DNA from: Eukaryota sp. GEM-RC1
Lineage: Eukaryota
Assembly (NCBI GenBank): GCA_040285855.1
Contig: JAUFOQ010000001.1
Span: forward strand, 2,542,001-2,606,000
DNA: 64,000 nucleotides
Reading direction: 5' to 3'
Shown piece after piece: positions 36,056-48,116 of the stretch. The notes under the pieces were generated by a model. The model saw nothing but the letters and a program-made list of their open reading frames with translations, had not been told where the DNA came from and ran no database searches. The position numbers and the translations under genes were made by a program. The number at the start of each line of letters is the position of its first letter. Position 1 is the stretch's first letter.

Positions 36056-37543
36056 ATGTCATTCTCCCTTCCCCCTGCAGAAACTCTTTCTATCATCCTC
36101 GATGAACCTTCCCTCTGTAATCAAACCATCACATTTGGAGAAGAGTCTATTGAAGTGAACAAATTCATCCTTGCTGCTCATTCTACCTACTTTCGGTCTC
36201 TTTGGTTCTTGGAGTTTGGTGATAGAGACGAAAACCCAATCGACTTCTCCCATCTCCCTGTTGATTCCAACAACTTTCTTGCCTTCATCAAGTCCTTCTT
36301 CGGACGATCATTCACCCTCAACGAGAACAATGCCTATGACTTCTACTACCTTGTCCACTACTTCCAAGTGGACAAACTTATTGTACAAGTGGAAAACCAC
36401 CTCAACACTCATATCGTAACCTGGGCTTGGTTAAAACCATTCATTAAAGAGGCAAATGAAAGAAATGACTTGAGAGCTCTGGAATTTGTTGGTCCTTTCT
36501 TTCCTAAGATTGACGACCTTGTGATTGATGACGTGATGGAAATCACTACTGAAGGGTTACAAACACTTTCAAAATACTGTACTTCCACTCAATCTCAATC
36601 GTGGTTCATCAAATCAGTGGTGGAATCAATTTTGAATCAAAGTTTTGATTTGAATGAATTTTTAACTGTATTAAATTCTTGTTCAATTGAAGCCTTTTCT
36701 TTTCAACAATGGGATGAGTTTCTGTTTGTTCCTTTAAAAGATGTTGACGAATTGGAAGCCGATTTGATGAAGTTTTTCTTTACAAGAGTTAAGAATCTTT
36801 ATTTTGACTCGTTGGTTAAGGAAAATTCTGATTTGAAAGAAGAAAATTCTGAATTGAACTTACAGAATGCTGAATTAACGACCAAATGTTCGGATTTAGA
36901 AAGCAACAATTCTGATTTAAACACACTTACTACTCATTTAACAACTGAAAATCAGAATTTAACTGCTAAAATGTCTAAAGAAATTGCTAAACTAAAACAA
37001 GAAATTGAACAACTTAAAAAGACAACTACAGAAACTCAAGTGGAGTCTCAATCAGTTCCTCAATCAAAAGTGATTAGATTCTCTCCAACTAAGAAACAGT
37101 CTCAGTTACAAGTTAGTGGGGATAGAAAGAGAGTTGTTCATGGAAGTGGTGATTATGTGAGTAGAAATATCTTGGGAGAAGATCCACTTCTTCCAGGTAA
37201 TGAGTATACTTGGAAGTTGAGGTATCAGGGGGATACTGAGAGTCTTTTTGTTGGAGTCATTGACGAGTCAAAGTTTAGTGTTGAAGGTGATTGTCATGGG
37301 AGTGCTCACTGTTTTGCCAATCATGGTAGTGTTTTTAGTTGTCTCTCAGGAAAGCAAACTCAATGGAATCGTGGTGAATTACTCGAAATCAATGTAAATC
37401 TCATCAATCACACTTTAACAGTCAAATCCATGAGTAATTCTTCAATTAATCTGACTGGAACTCTTCCCAGATTAAGTAGTGGTAATTATTATCCATATGC
37501 TAGGTTATATTATAGTGATCACGTTCTTGAAATCGTTGAATAA
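36056..37543 (+). CDS. BTB - coiled coil - B30.2/SPRY-like protein, copy B (intact)
   Basis: BTB motifs (VNKFILAAHSTYFRSL..F, YLVHYFQVDKL), heptad repeats, SPRY-like GNEYTWKLRY..VGVI..GELLEINVNLINHTL..YYPY. Confidence 0.88.
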   Translation: MSFSLPPAETLSIILDEPSLCNQTITFGEESIEVNKFILAAHSTYFRSLWFLEFGDRDENPIDFSHLPVDSNNFLAFIKSFFGRSFTLNENNAYDFYYLVHYFQVDKLIVQVENHLNTHIVTWAWLKPFIKEANERNDLRALEFVGPFFPKIDDLVIDDVMEITTEGLQTLSKYCTSTQSQSWFIKSVVESILNQSFDLNEFLTVLNSCSIEAFSFQQWDEFLFVPLKDVDELEADLMKFFFTRVKNLYFDSLVKENSDLKEENSELNLQNAELTTKCSDLESNNSDLNTLTTHLTTENQNLTAKMSKEIAKLKQEIEQLKKTTTETQVESQSVPQSKVIRFSPTKKQSQLQVSGDRKRVVHGSGDYVSRNILGEDPLLPGNEYTWKLRYQGDTESLFVGVIDESKFSVEGDCHGSAHCFANHGSVFSCLSGKQTQWNRGELLEINVNLINHTLTVKSMSNSSINLTGTLPRLSSGNYYPYARLYYSDHVLEIVE

Positions 37544-38115
37544 AGTTGATAACGTTGTCATTTTGGTTAAATTTCCTCTTTTTATACAGCAGATTAAGTT
37601 GTGAAGGCTAACTCGAGTGAATGCCTTTCAAACAACAACTTGATCGTCAAACATCAAAAACTCTTACTATTTTCCGTTGTATGATTCGTATCGATCGAAA
37701 TGATTTCACTCGTCCGAAGAATTTTTGTTGTCCCTCTGATTCAACAAATAGAAGTCTCTGATAATATCTGTTGAATCAGTAGTCTTTTGTTCTCATCCAT
37801 ATGGTCCTAAACAATTAAATGAAATACTGCGTTAATCCTTTTTTACTCATTTTATTTTTCAACAACAACAACAGTGTACATGCTTCAACAACCCAAAGTC
37901 CAAATTGCTCATTTGTAAATTGTCACATACATCATCTTCATAATGTCTATCAAGAGATTATACAGCATTAGAAACAGAAGTCAACATACCTTGATAATCA
38001 GCAAACACAATACAATGCTTCAAACAAAATGTTTATAGTTGTTTCTTCTACTACTGGAGCAGGTGTGTATAGAAACTCCACCACATACATCAGTCTGTGA
38101 AGCTTGTCTTTTGAA

Positions 38116-38696
38116 AATGGAATGCAAATGTTCCGTACCGCGGCGATTTTAGGCGTACCGTACCGTACCGTGCGTACGTATGGTACAAGTACCGGTACTG
38201 TTCTTTTGACCGACTAAAATTGATATTACTATTTTGAACATGGTGATCCAATGTGAGATTTTAACAGTTACCATCGTCATAAATTCTACCGTTAAACATT
38301 ACTCAGGATATCAGAATCGTGATTGTCACACTTATTCAAATTCAGGATAGATCACAACTTCCCCAAAATGACGTTTTTACGTAAGAAGCTCAGCATCCGC
38401 CCGAAATCAACAATAGTAGTAGCTTCTTCGAATCGCAATGTATTTATTGAGTGGCTACGACGGAATCTAACAATGATAAAGGGCCAAAAAAACCACAGAT
38501 TGGATTTCTAAACGATCAGATAATGCAGTAGCAATTTACACTAGAACTGTGTATGACTAGTGAATGAATCTCCACTCAATAAATAGTATTTGTAAATCAG
38601 TTTTGATCATTCATAAATAGGCTTTTTATAAAAACAAATGACATCGGTACGTACCGTACCGTACGTACGGTACGTACCAAAGATTTGCACACATTG
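38116..38696. mobile_element. hAT-type MITE (581 bp)
   Basis: Perfect 8-bp direct repeat CTTTTGAA at 38108-38115 and 38697-38704. Degenerate TIRs (AATGGAATGCAAAT / ATTTGCACACATTG) and GTACC/CGTAC subterminal clusters at both ends. Confidence 0.65.
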
Positions 38697-38931
38697 CTTT
38701 TGAACCAACACTTGAACTAACGTTTCTAGTCATTTACAAAAAACAACGGATGTATGTACGGAGAAAAACACATAATAAGAAAACAACAAATAAATAAACA
38801 CTATTAAAACAAATTATCAAACGAACTACATGTACTTATCATAATTCCGCAAAGTAGTTGCCTCCAAATTCATTTACTTTTTCCAGTTTCTTCTCACTTC
38901 TTGAACTCCAATAACTATTGCTATTTAACTA

Positions 38932-40508
38932 ATGTCTGTCGACTTTTCCAATGTCCTTATTTCTGCTGGAGACTCTCTTAAACTGTGGACTCCCCCCAAA
39001 GACATACCTTTCTTCCACCATCCATCACCAACCTTTTTCATCGATTTCCATCCTGACAGTGCGTTCTTTTTTGTTCTCTCATTCCAGAAGAGCATTATGT
39101 AACAGCCAACAACGAACAATCTTGTATCAACATTTTCCACAAAAACATTAAACTCAACTCCATAGTCACTCCAGAACCAGTCCGTGGCCTCAGCTTCTCC
39201 TCCACTGGCTTTGCTTTTGCATCCATCCATTCCACTCTCGTCACAATCTACCAATGGGCCACAATAACCCCTCTCTCATCCTTCCCTCTCCCCTCTCCTC
39301 CCAACGACGTCTCCTTCTGCAGAAACGGGAATCTCCTTGCAGTTGGATGTGAGAACGGCCAAGTCTTGATAAATGACATCCATACTGGTAAAAACAAGCT
39401 AAAGTTCGCTGATTCTCTACGTCGCTCGGTTACCAAAGTTCAATTCAACCCTGTGAACTCCGCTTTTCTATGTGCTGGCTTTTCTTCTGGTAATATTATT
39501 GTCTACAACATCAACAAGGAGGCCATACACCACACTTTCTACGCAGTTCATAGAAAGTCAATAAAGTCTTTGGCTTTCTCTCCAAAAAACGTCAACCTTT
39601 TGGCCTCTGTGGGTCATGATTCTAAAATTAGATTCTTGGACTATAGAAGTGCAAAGAAAGTTGTCATGGAGATTTCCGTACCTGCCAACATCTCATGTGT
39701 TGTCTTCCACCCGTCTGGTCAAGGTATTGCTGTTGGAGATTCTCATGGCAATATTTCAGTTTTCGATCTGCGTGTTGTGGGAAAGTTTAAGAATGAACAT
39801 GGTCATGAAACTCCCTTACATCACTGGAGTACAGCTCAGGGGTCAATCAATCAACTGATTTGGCTTCCTACTAGTCAGTGGATCACAGTCAATGAAAGTC
39901 CTGTTCGAGTCAGAAGAAGTCCAAAGAAAACTCTTGCTTCTCCAATGATTGGATCGCCAATGGTAGGATCACCAAGACGACCACCTCCATCACCTCCATC
40001 TCCAGTGAAACCTCCTTCGATTGATCAAAGAGAGAAGAGGAAAGTTGTGGAGAGGAATGATGATGATGCGGTGTTGCAAGTGAAAACACGTGTTGTGGAA
40101 CAATTAAATAATGTTGCGGATTTTGAAGTGAGAATGAACAAACCTGTTGATGTGAGTACTAAGTCAGCGTCTCCGATTGTCACACGTCCAGTTGCCCAAC
40201 CTGTTCAATCAGTTTCACGTGATTCTGACCCTCCACGTGATTCTGACCCTGAGCTGACAATCAAGTTGATGGATATGATGGACCAGTTGAGATCAGATGT
40301 GCATCAAAGTGTTTCGGGTTTGCACGTTGAATTAATCAAACAAGTTGTCTCTCAAAATCAATTATTTAAAGAAACAATTCAAGAACAACAAGAAAAAATT
40401 GAAGCGCTTTCTGCTGAAGTTTCTGTATTGTGTGATTTGTTCAAACAACAGTTTGGTAGTAAGCTTTCTACTTTAGATAAGTATTTGACTGAAGATTCAA
40501 TAATTTAA
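38932..40508 (+). CDS. WD40-repeat protein, NEDD1/GCP-WD-like; one 29-nt intron
   Basis: ATG 38932 (MSVDFSNVLISAGDSLKLW) plus intron 39059-39087 joins in frame to the 39366 ORF. WD repeats (LAFSP..LLASVGHDSKIRFLD, FHPSG..IAVG..GNISVFDLR), Pro/Ser linker, C-terminal LRSDVH...LHVELIKQ coiled coil. Confidence 0.75.
39059..39087 (+). other. Predicted 29-nt spliceosomal intron
   Basis: GTGCGTTCTTTTTTGTTCTCTCATTCCAG. Removal fixes the frame between the ATG exon and the WD40 ORF. Confidence 0.82.
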
Positions 40509-41949
40509 AGACTTTTGGATTATTATTTTTAAACAGTTGATCAGACAGAAACTTTAATCAAGGTGTTCTAGTTGCTCACTTTTGTATAATACAGAACTTT
40601 GAAGTTCAATTTTTGAAATCTCCAATAAATACTTTATTTTGGGATTTTAACAGAGAACATAATAGTTGACGTGATGGAGATTCTGGAAAGTGTTTCATTC
40701 ACTGCAATATGACACATGGTCTGTCGTAAACCAATCGCAAAATAATTAAAAAATGACGATACTGTGTCTATCATTTTTTTAGTTCTGACTTATAGTGTGT
40801 TCATGTCTGTATTTAAAAATGAGTTTCTTTCCATGCTTTCTTGTCTGTGATGTTTTGTCATTGACCAGTGTTTTTGCCGTGTTTTTCAATCCCACTTCCA
40901 CGAGGAAGTTGTAATAGACGGAATTTCAGTATAACGGATTTCCTATATCAAGTGTGGAAACGAAAATGATATGAAAATGCACAAGAAAATTAGAGAAACT
41001 GAATATGATCTTCAGAGGAACTGGTGCACATTAGTCAACGTATAGATATGTTGATTCGATTTTCGCCCAATTGTTCTATGTTAACTACTTTTCAGAATTA
41101 GGTAGTTTGTTTGATAGCTTGTTTAAATAGTCTTCAGCATCATTAAGTTTCATGTAAAAGAAAGTTTACAAATATCCCGGACAAAAAGATCCAACTCTCC
41201 TCATAAATACATGTAATTTCTAGTTATTTACATTAAATTCTATTTATATTTATTTTTGACAATTTTCCCGATCATTCACATAAAACAAAATAAAACAAAA
41301 TATAAATAAACATAAATATAAAGAAAATTTCGAGAAGTAAACTTCGTTGATCTATATAATACATCGTTTAATTTAGTGCTCAAGGTTGTTGATTGACTTG
41401 ACACTTGATGTGTGAAATACTCAAGTTCAGCCCAGAATCAAAGTCAAGTCATTTTTTCTTCCAACATTGCTTTTTCAATGTCGAACCTAACCGACGCAGA
41501 CGAGCCTTTATCTGTGTCCTAAGCCAATCTAACGACTATATTCGGGCATATGATCAGTGAACGATTCTCATGTTCGTCCACGATGCTGAACATTGAACTA
41601 ATGCTGAAGATTCACAAATCTTTATGAAATAACGACACAGTTAGAGCACTTATACGGAACAGAAAGTCAAATATCCTGTTTCGACAAGAAGTGGGTGATC
41701 AAATGGATTGTGTATTCATCATTGGTGACCGAGAGAAAAAGTACTAATTAAATGTTTTGTTTTTATTCGGATTCTATTTTGTTTAAATTATATTTATTTC
41801 ACATTTATTTTTGGTACTTTTGGATGTTCAAATGATTTTAAATTATCTTATGAGAGGGTCTGCAATATTGGTAGAAAAATTGCAATATTTATTGGTTCTA
41901 TTCCCAAATTGAAATATCTATTTTGTGGCTAAAGCAAACTATATTTATT

Positions 41950-42170
41950 TCGATATTGTTTCCACACCCCTGCTGTTAACGCAATTTTGAGTACCTTCAA
42001 GAATAATTTAACTGGAATCAATCAAGAGACCGTACCAGTCTGCTCGTCTAGAATTTAATACTCGTTGAGAAAGCCATGAGTGTTTAACCTCTCATTTGTA
42101 ACATCTCTGTCAGCATTATGAAGAACACAACTTCAATTGATATATTGAACCAATATTCTTAATATTTCAA
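41950..42170 (-). mobile_element. Older, more decayed remnant of the same non-LTR family, copy 4
   Basis: ACATCTCTGTCAGCATTATGAAGA and GAATAATTTAACTGGAATCAA align with copy 1 (5790-5960). Boundaries approximate. Confidence 0.5.
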
Positions 42171-42657
42171 ATATTCCACTGAAGGGTACTGAGAACGCTA
42201 ACGTGTCAAAGAACGTACATCATGTTCCTGCATTGAATTTACGAAGACACAATAATATCGTCTGCAAGGTGCAGGTTACACCAACTATTTATACCAACAT
42301 TTGCAAAGCCCTAAACTTGTATGTAACGACATTAAAGGTTTAGTAATTTGAGTATACTATCATGCTACTACACTGAAATACTGATTTTGATTTTAGTTGA
42401 GTTTAATTTTCAGTATTTTGTTTTAAGATGTTGAAAAGAATGATAATAACAATTAGCAATTAAAGTGCTAAGCACGAGACACGTCACAGATACATATCGT
42501 TCAATCTCAATCCTAGTAATAGGTTGTTGACGTATGTCGACCAAGTTCTTTAATCAATGAACTTTTGTCTTTTCTATTACTCGTCATGTTTGATAACCGA
42601 TATCTTAATTTGAGACAATGATTCGAAAGATGATACTTACCCAAAAAGATATCAACT

Positions 42658-44190
42658 TTATTCAACAATGTCAAGAACGTGATTACTATGACCTAATCTA
42701 GCAAATGGATAATAATTACCACTACTTAATCTAGGAAGAGTTCCAGTAAGATTAATTGAAGAATTACTCACGGATTTGATTGTTAAAGTGTGATTGATGA
42801 GATTAACATTGATTTCGAGTAATTCACCAGGATTCCACTGAGTTTGATCTCCTGAGAGACAATCAAAAACTGAATTACCATAATTGTGGAAACAGTGAGC
42901 ATTCCCACAACCACCATCAACACTAAACTTTGACTCGTCAATGACTCCAACAACAAGACCATAAGTATTCCCCTGGTACCTCAACTTCCAAGTATACTCA
43001 TTACCTGGAAGAAGTGGATCTTCTCCCAAGATATTTCTATCCACACCATCAATACCACTTCCAACAACAACTCTCTTTCTATCTCCACTAACTTGTAACT
43101 GAGAATGTTTCTTAGTTGGGGAGAATCTAATGACTTTTGATTGAGGAACTGATTGAGACACCAATTGTGTTTCTGTAGTTGTCTTTTTAAGTTGCTCAAT
43201 TTCTTGCTTTAGTTTAGCAATTTCGTTAGACTTTGTAGTAGTTAAATTCTGAATATCAGTTGTTAGACGGGAAATTGTTGTCTTCAAATCATGAATTTCC
43301 GTTGTTAAATCAGTAGTTAGTGTGTTGAAGTTAGAAGTGTTACTTTCTAAATCCGAACATTTGGTAGTTAATTCAGCACTCTGTAAGTTCAATTCAGAAT
43401 ATTTGTCTTTCAATTCAGAATTTTCCTTAACCAACGAGTCAAAATAAAGATTCTTAACTCTTGTAAACAAAAACTTCATCAAATCGGCTTCCAATTCTTC
43501 AACATCTTTTAAAGGAACAAACAGAAACTCATCCCATTGTTGAAAAGAAAATGCTTCAATTGAACAAGAATTTAATACAGTTAAAAACTCATTCAAATCA
43601 AAACTTTCATTCAAAATTGATTCCACCATTGACTTGATAAACCACGACTGTGATTGAGTGGAAGTACAGTATTTTGAAAGTGTTTGTAACCCTTCAGTAG
43701 TGATTGCCATCACGTCATCAATCAACAGGTCGTCAATCTTAGAAATGAAAGGACCAACGAATACCAGAGCTCTCAAGTCATTTCTTTCATCTGCTTCTTT
43801 AATGAATGGTTTTAGCCAAGCCCAGGTTACGAGATGAGTGTTTAGGTGGTTTTCAACATGTACGATCAGTTTGTCCACTTGGAAGTAGTGAACAAGGTAG
43901 TAGAAGTCGTAAGCATTGTTTTCATTGAGAGTGAAAGATTGTCCGAAGAAGGACTTGATGAAGGTAAGAAAGTTGTTAGAATCCACAGGGAGATGGGAGA
44001 AGTCGATTGGGTTTTCGTCTCTGTCACCAAACTCCAAGAACCAAAGAGAGCGAAAGTAGATAGAATGAGCAGCAAGGATGATTCTGTGTACTTCAATAGA
44101 CTCTTCTCCAAATGTAATGGTTTGGTTGCATAGGGAAGGTTCATCGAGGATGATAGAAAGAGTTTCTGCAGGGGGAAGGGAGAATGACAT
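42658..44190 (-). CDS. BTB - coiled coil - B30.2/SPRY-like protein, copy C (intact)
   Basis: 510-aa ORF from MSFSLPPAETL, near-identical to copies A and B outside the variable loops. Confidence 0.88.
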   Translation of the reverse strand: MSFSLPPAETLSIILDEPSLCNQTITFGEESIEVHRIILAAHSIYFRSLWFLEFGDRDENPIDFSHLPVDSNNFLTFIKSFFGQSFTLNENNAYDFYYLVHYFQVDKLIVHVENHLNTHLVTWAWLKPFIKEADERNDLRALVFVGPFISKIDDLLIDDVMAITTEGLQTLSKYCTSTQSQSWFIKSMVESILNESFDLNEFLTVLNSCSIEAFSFQQWDEFLFVPLKDVEELEADLMKFLFTRVKNLYFDSLVKENSELKDKYSELNLQSAELTTKCSDLESNTSNFNTLTTDLTTEIHDLKTTISRLTTDIQNLTTTKSNEIAKLKQEIEQLKKTTTETQLVSQSVPQSKVIRFSPTKKHSQLQVSGDRKRVVVGSGIDGVDRNILGEDPLLPGNEYTWKLRYQGNTYGLVVGVIDESKFSVDGGCGNAHCFHNYGNSVFDCLSGDQTQWNPGELLEINVNLINHTLTIKSVSNSSINLTGTLPRLSSGNYYPFARLGHSNHVLDIVE

Positions 44191-44254
44191 GAAAAGCAAA
44201 GCAAGGAGATTAGAAATGGTTCTTTAAAAGAACTTCTTTTGAGTATCTTCACAA

Positions 44255-45790
44255 TTTGTAATTAAAGACTCTTTACAGATCAAGGGGACAAAAGTACATG
44301 AAACACTATACACTGATAATTTCTGGTCAACACTACCACAGTTTTTATCTTAGTTGGCAATCACACGACTTTTTTCCAAAAGTGTGATTGTGATCACACA
44401 AATCACAATCACACTTTGTGATAACACGGATCACAACTTCGTGCAGTCTGAATAAAATTAGATGATGAATAATAACTTTGTTATGTTTTATATTATGTAT
44501 AATAAGTATTTACACTGATTCCGAGTTAGAATGCTTATTGCCAGTCTTTGAAAATGATGATGATGATGAAGGAATAGTTGAAATCGAACCAATTGTTCAG
44601 GAAGAGATTCCAGAAACTCCAGTGCTTGACGATGTAGTTGAAGATTTACATGTGGAGTTGATTTCTCATTGTGTAGATCAAATGACTGGAAAATGGCATA
44701 GAAACACTAACTCAAAATCAACTGAAAGAAGTGTAAGACCAGCCAATTTGATCGATAGTTTTTCCGCTAAATTGTAGCAATGCTACTAAATACATACTAT
44801 TTGAACACATTCTTTGAGTTCGATACACATTGTATTAACACTTGAAATTGCGATACAAAAAAGATGTATTTGTATTTTGTATCTGTATTTTGTGTTCTGT
44901 ATGTGTATTGTGTATTTGTATTCTCTATTTTTGATACCAACTGTTTTCCCCTGAGTGTTCACTTATCGATGTTGAAAAACAGAAAGCCAAAATAACAGCC
45001 CTTTTCAACGTAAAAACGTAATGAACACGACAAAGGAGATCAGTTTGTCCGAATGTTTTGAATCCGTTGAAGTTCAAGCAGTGTTTGAGCGAAGGTAGTG
45101 ATACCTTATGTTCGTGTTTTAACAACGGAAAATTAATAGATGTATACATTCTCTCTTTGTCTCTCACTTTGACAGTCATAGATGTCATAGATGATTTTTG
45201 GACATGTGAAAATCAAATATCAAAGCAAGTATCAAATTGAAAAGGCAATTACGTTCCTGATTGTTGCTCTAAAATTGTTCAAAGATTTTTGTCTTGTCTC
45301 ACAGCTATTGATACGTGTATGTTAATAAAGTGACAAATGCTGTTTTCCAACTTTCATTGTAGAGTATATTGATTGAGTACATGTTAAGGATAGATTTGGT
45401 TCGAATTTTGTTTATCAAAACTGTGCATTTGGTAATCACAAATCACATTGTGATCACACATTCTGAACAAAATGTGATTTATGTGATCACACGCTGTGAT
45501 ATGTGATTGCCAACTATGGTTTTTATACAACTTTTGATGATTGATTTAAATAAGTTAGGCATAGATCGAAACAGAGAAAAAATCAAACGGTTATGGCAAA
45601 TTGATAAGTTAAATGTCTAATGCTGAGACTTACAAATAGATCCAAAATCAATTTAAAACTGAGAAGCCATTTCACCAATACTACCAAAAAAAGAAATAAC
45701 AAGTGGAACAAATACAAATTTTGATTGAGTTTAGCAACATCTATGGAATGTAATTCATTTTTACGTTTGGGGCTGTTTCAAGGTGGTTGA
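44255..45790 (-). mobile_element. 3' remnant of RLE-type non-LTR retrotransposon, copy 5, split by a hAT insertion
   Basis: 44255-44348 and 45519-45790 join into sequence matching copies 1-3 (CACTACCACAGTTTTTAT|ACAAC..AAACGGTTATG..CCATTTCACCAATACTACC). Confidence 0.7.
44349..45518. mobile_element. Non-autonomous hAT element (1170 bp)
   Basis: 17-bp TIRs C(T/A)TAGTTGGCAATCACA, perfect 8-bp TSD GTTTTTAT (44341-44348 and 45519-45526), many ATCACA/TGTGAT subterminal repeats, no transposase ORF. Confidence 0.88.
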
Positions 45791-46594
45791 AACCACCATA
45801 GTTAACAATGACTGGCGTCATGACTCAGTAATTCCTACATTTCCTACAAAATTCATACAACAATTTCTGGAATTCTTAGAATAACGAGTATTTCTGGAAT
45901 TGACGTAGTTGTTGGAGAATTTTTGTAAAAAGGTCAACTTTCGATTTTGGGAATCCTATTTTAGATTGCTCCATAGTGACTAAGCCTACCCCATGTGAGT
46001 ACCTCTCAAATATTTAGCACAAACTAAACAGGCTTGGTACCATCACCCTCAGAAAGATAATTCCTATCCACATTCTTTAAAAGCAAAACTGGTAAATATT
46101 GTTCAAATATTCAATGTTGAATTCTCTTTGAATTTGAAATTGTGATGGTCATGTTTCAAACAACTTTTTGCACTAACCAGTATAATCCAATTATACAAAG
46201 GAACCAACCGTGACTTGATCCTGTTTGTTAAGTTTGTTAAGTTTTGCCCAGCGAATTGAACATCTACAATTTTTTAAGAATTCCTCGAAATACTAATTCT
46301 AGTGTTACAAAGATGACCTTCAGGAATTATTACCATACCACTACTACTTATACAAAGTACTTATTGTCATACATTTGAAAAAAAAAGATAAATTAATTGT
46401 TTAATTAACTAAAAATTCTAAATAGAGAACAACATTTTCTGTCAGTTAAGAACAGAAAAATACTGCAGATCGCTACTTAAAACAGACGGCATCCCAAAAT
46501 CGCCAAAACAGAAACCCACATATTTCAAATATTTCAAACTCAAATAATTCAAATATTACATATAATACAAACCCATTCAATTAATTCAAAAACG

Positions 46595-48116
46595 TCACCT
46601 CGACTCTATCCGCTGCTCAATCTGTTGAAAGATAGTTCGCTCGTCATCTGATTGTTCAGCGTCAGATAACGAAAACCCCTTCCTATTACGAGACTCCCTT
46701 GACAAATCCACTGAAACACTTCTGGGGGCTCTCTGATCCTGGTCAATTGACATCCGACGACCAGAACGTGATGAAGGTCGGACCTTTTCCTTACTAGCAT
46801 ACTGTTTAATCCTCATTTCCCTCTCCTTTGCTTTCTGCTGCAGCTCCTTCTCTCGTTCCATCTGCTTCTGTTCTTCTTCCATCTTGGACTTACGACGACG
46901 TTCAGCTGCTCTTTTAGCGGCCTTTCGTCTAGCCTCGAGGACAGAAGGGGTGTTGGGGACGGGTTTGGGAGTTTCAAGAACTTTCTGTCTGCTTGAGTCA
47001 GTCGCCAAGTCTTTTTCTTCATTGAAGGCACGATTTTCCATAGCTGAATGGTAATTCTGTAGATTCTTTTTCCTTGTAGGAGTTTCATGAACTTTCTGTC
47101 TAGCTACATCTCTCACTAATTCCTTTTCTTCATTCAATAAACGATTCTCCATAACCATATGATATTTCTCTAAATTCTGTTTACTTACAGGAGTTTCATG
47201 AACTTTTTGTCTAGTGACATCCCGCGCCAATTCTTTTTCTTCAACTAATACTCGATTTTCCATAGCTGAATGGTAATTCTCTAAAATCTTTTTACTTGCT
47301 ACTTCTAAGTTCTCCAGATACTCTCTAGTAGCAGCAATTGCGGCACGCAGAGAAAGAATATCGTCCTCCATCATTTGAGCTGATTGATCAACTGGTTTAG
47401 GTTGCTCTTCGAATTTGACAGAGACCCCCACGTTTCTCCCTCGTGATTGCACACGTGTTACATTCCTTATGTTGTCCCACTTCCTTGGCTTGATGAGAAG
47501 TACATTGGACAGCAGCATCAACCATAGAGGGAGGAGCCAGCTTAGAATGGAAGCGGGAGGTGTGGTTCATAAGAGGAGAGTCGTAGTCCAGAGAGGGAGA
47601 AGAATGGACAAGTTCAATGGAGGGAGATCTAGGGGAGTAGAGAGGGGATTGGCGGTAGGAATGATGATGACGTGTTGGAGATGATTCACCAAAGGGTTCC
47701 TCGGGTTCTAAAGCAGTTTCTCTTATGGAAAGAGTGGATTTAGGAGGATCTTCGGGACGTGGGACTTGTACACGTTGTGGTGAGACTGATGGAGAGGGAG
47801 TGGATGGAATGTTTCGGGAGTTTCGAGATGGTAGGGATGGAGGAGGGGTTTTGGTAGAAGGGCCATTGATGGCGCGACGGATTCGACATATTAGGGAAAC
47901 ATCAGCAGTGAATGTAGATGGATCATTGGGATCTGCACCTTCAAGAAAGGATGTGTCTGCTCCCACAGAGTTTAGAATGTTCAATGATTCGTTGAGAATT
48001 TGAGCTCGTAGATTGGTAGCCGAAGTTTGGTCATTACCAAGAGAATAGAGTTGAAGTGTTACAACTTGACGGCGAAGAGCGTCTACTCGGGATTTGAGGT
48101 CGTCAGAAGTAGACAT
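46595..48116 (-). CDS. Hypothetical Pro/Ser-rich coiled-coil protein with three ~37-aa internal repeats; one frame break near 47500
   Basis: Start MSTSDDLKSRV at 48116; ORFs 47397-48236 and 46595-47521 overlap. Repeat resembles ENYHSAMENR..EEKELARD..RQKVHETP. Confidence 0.6.
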
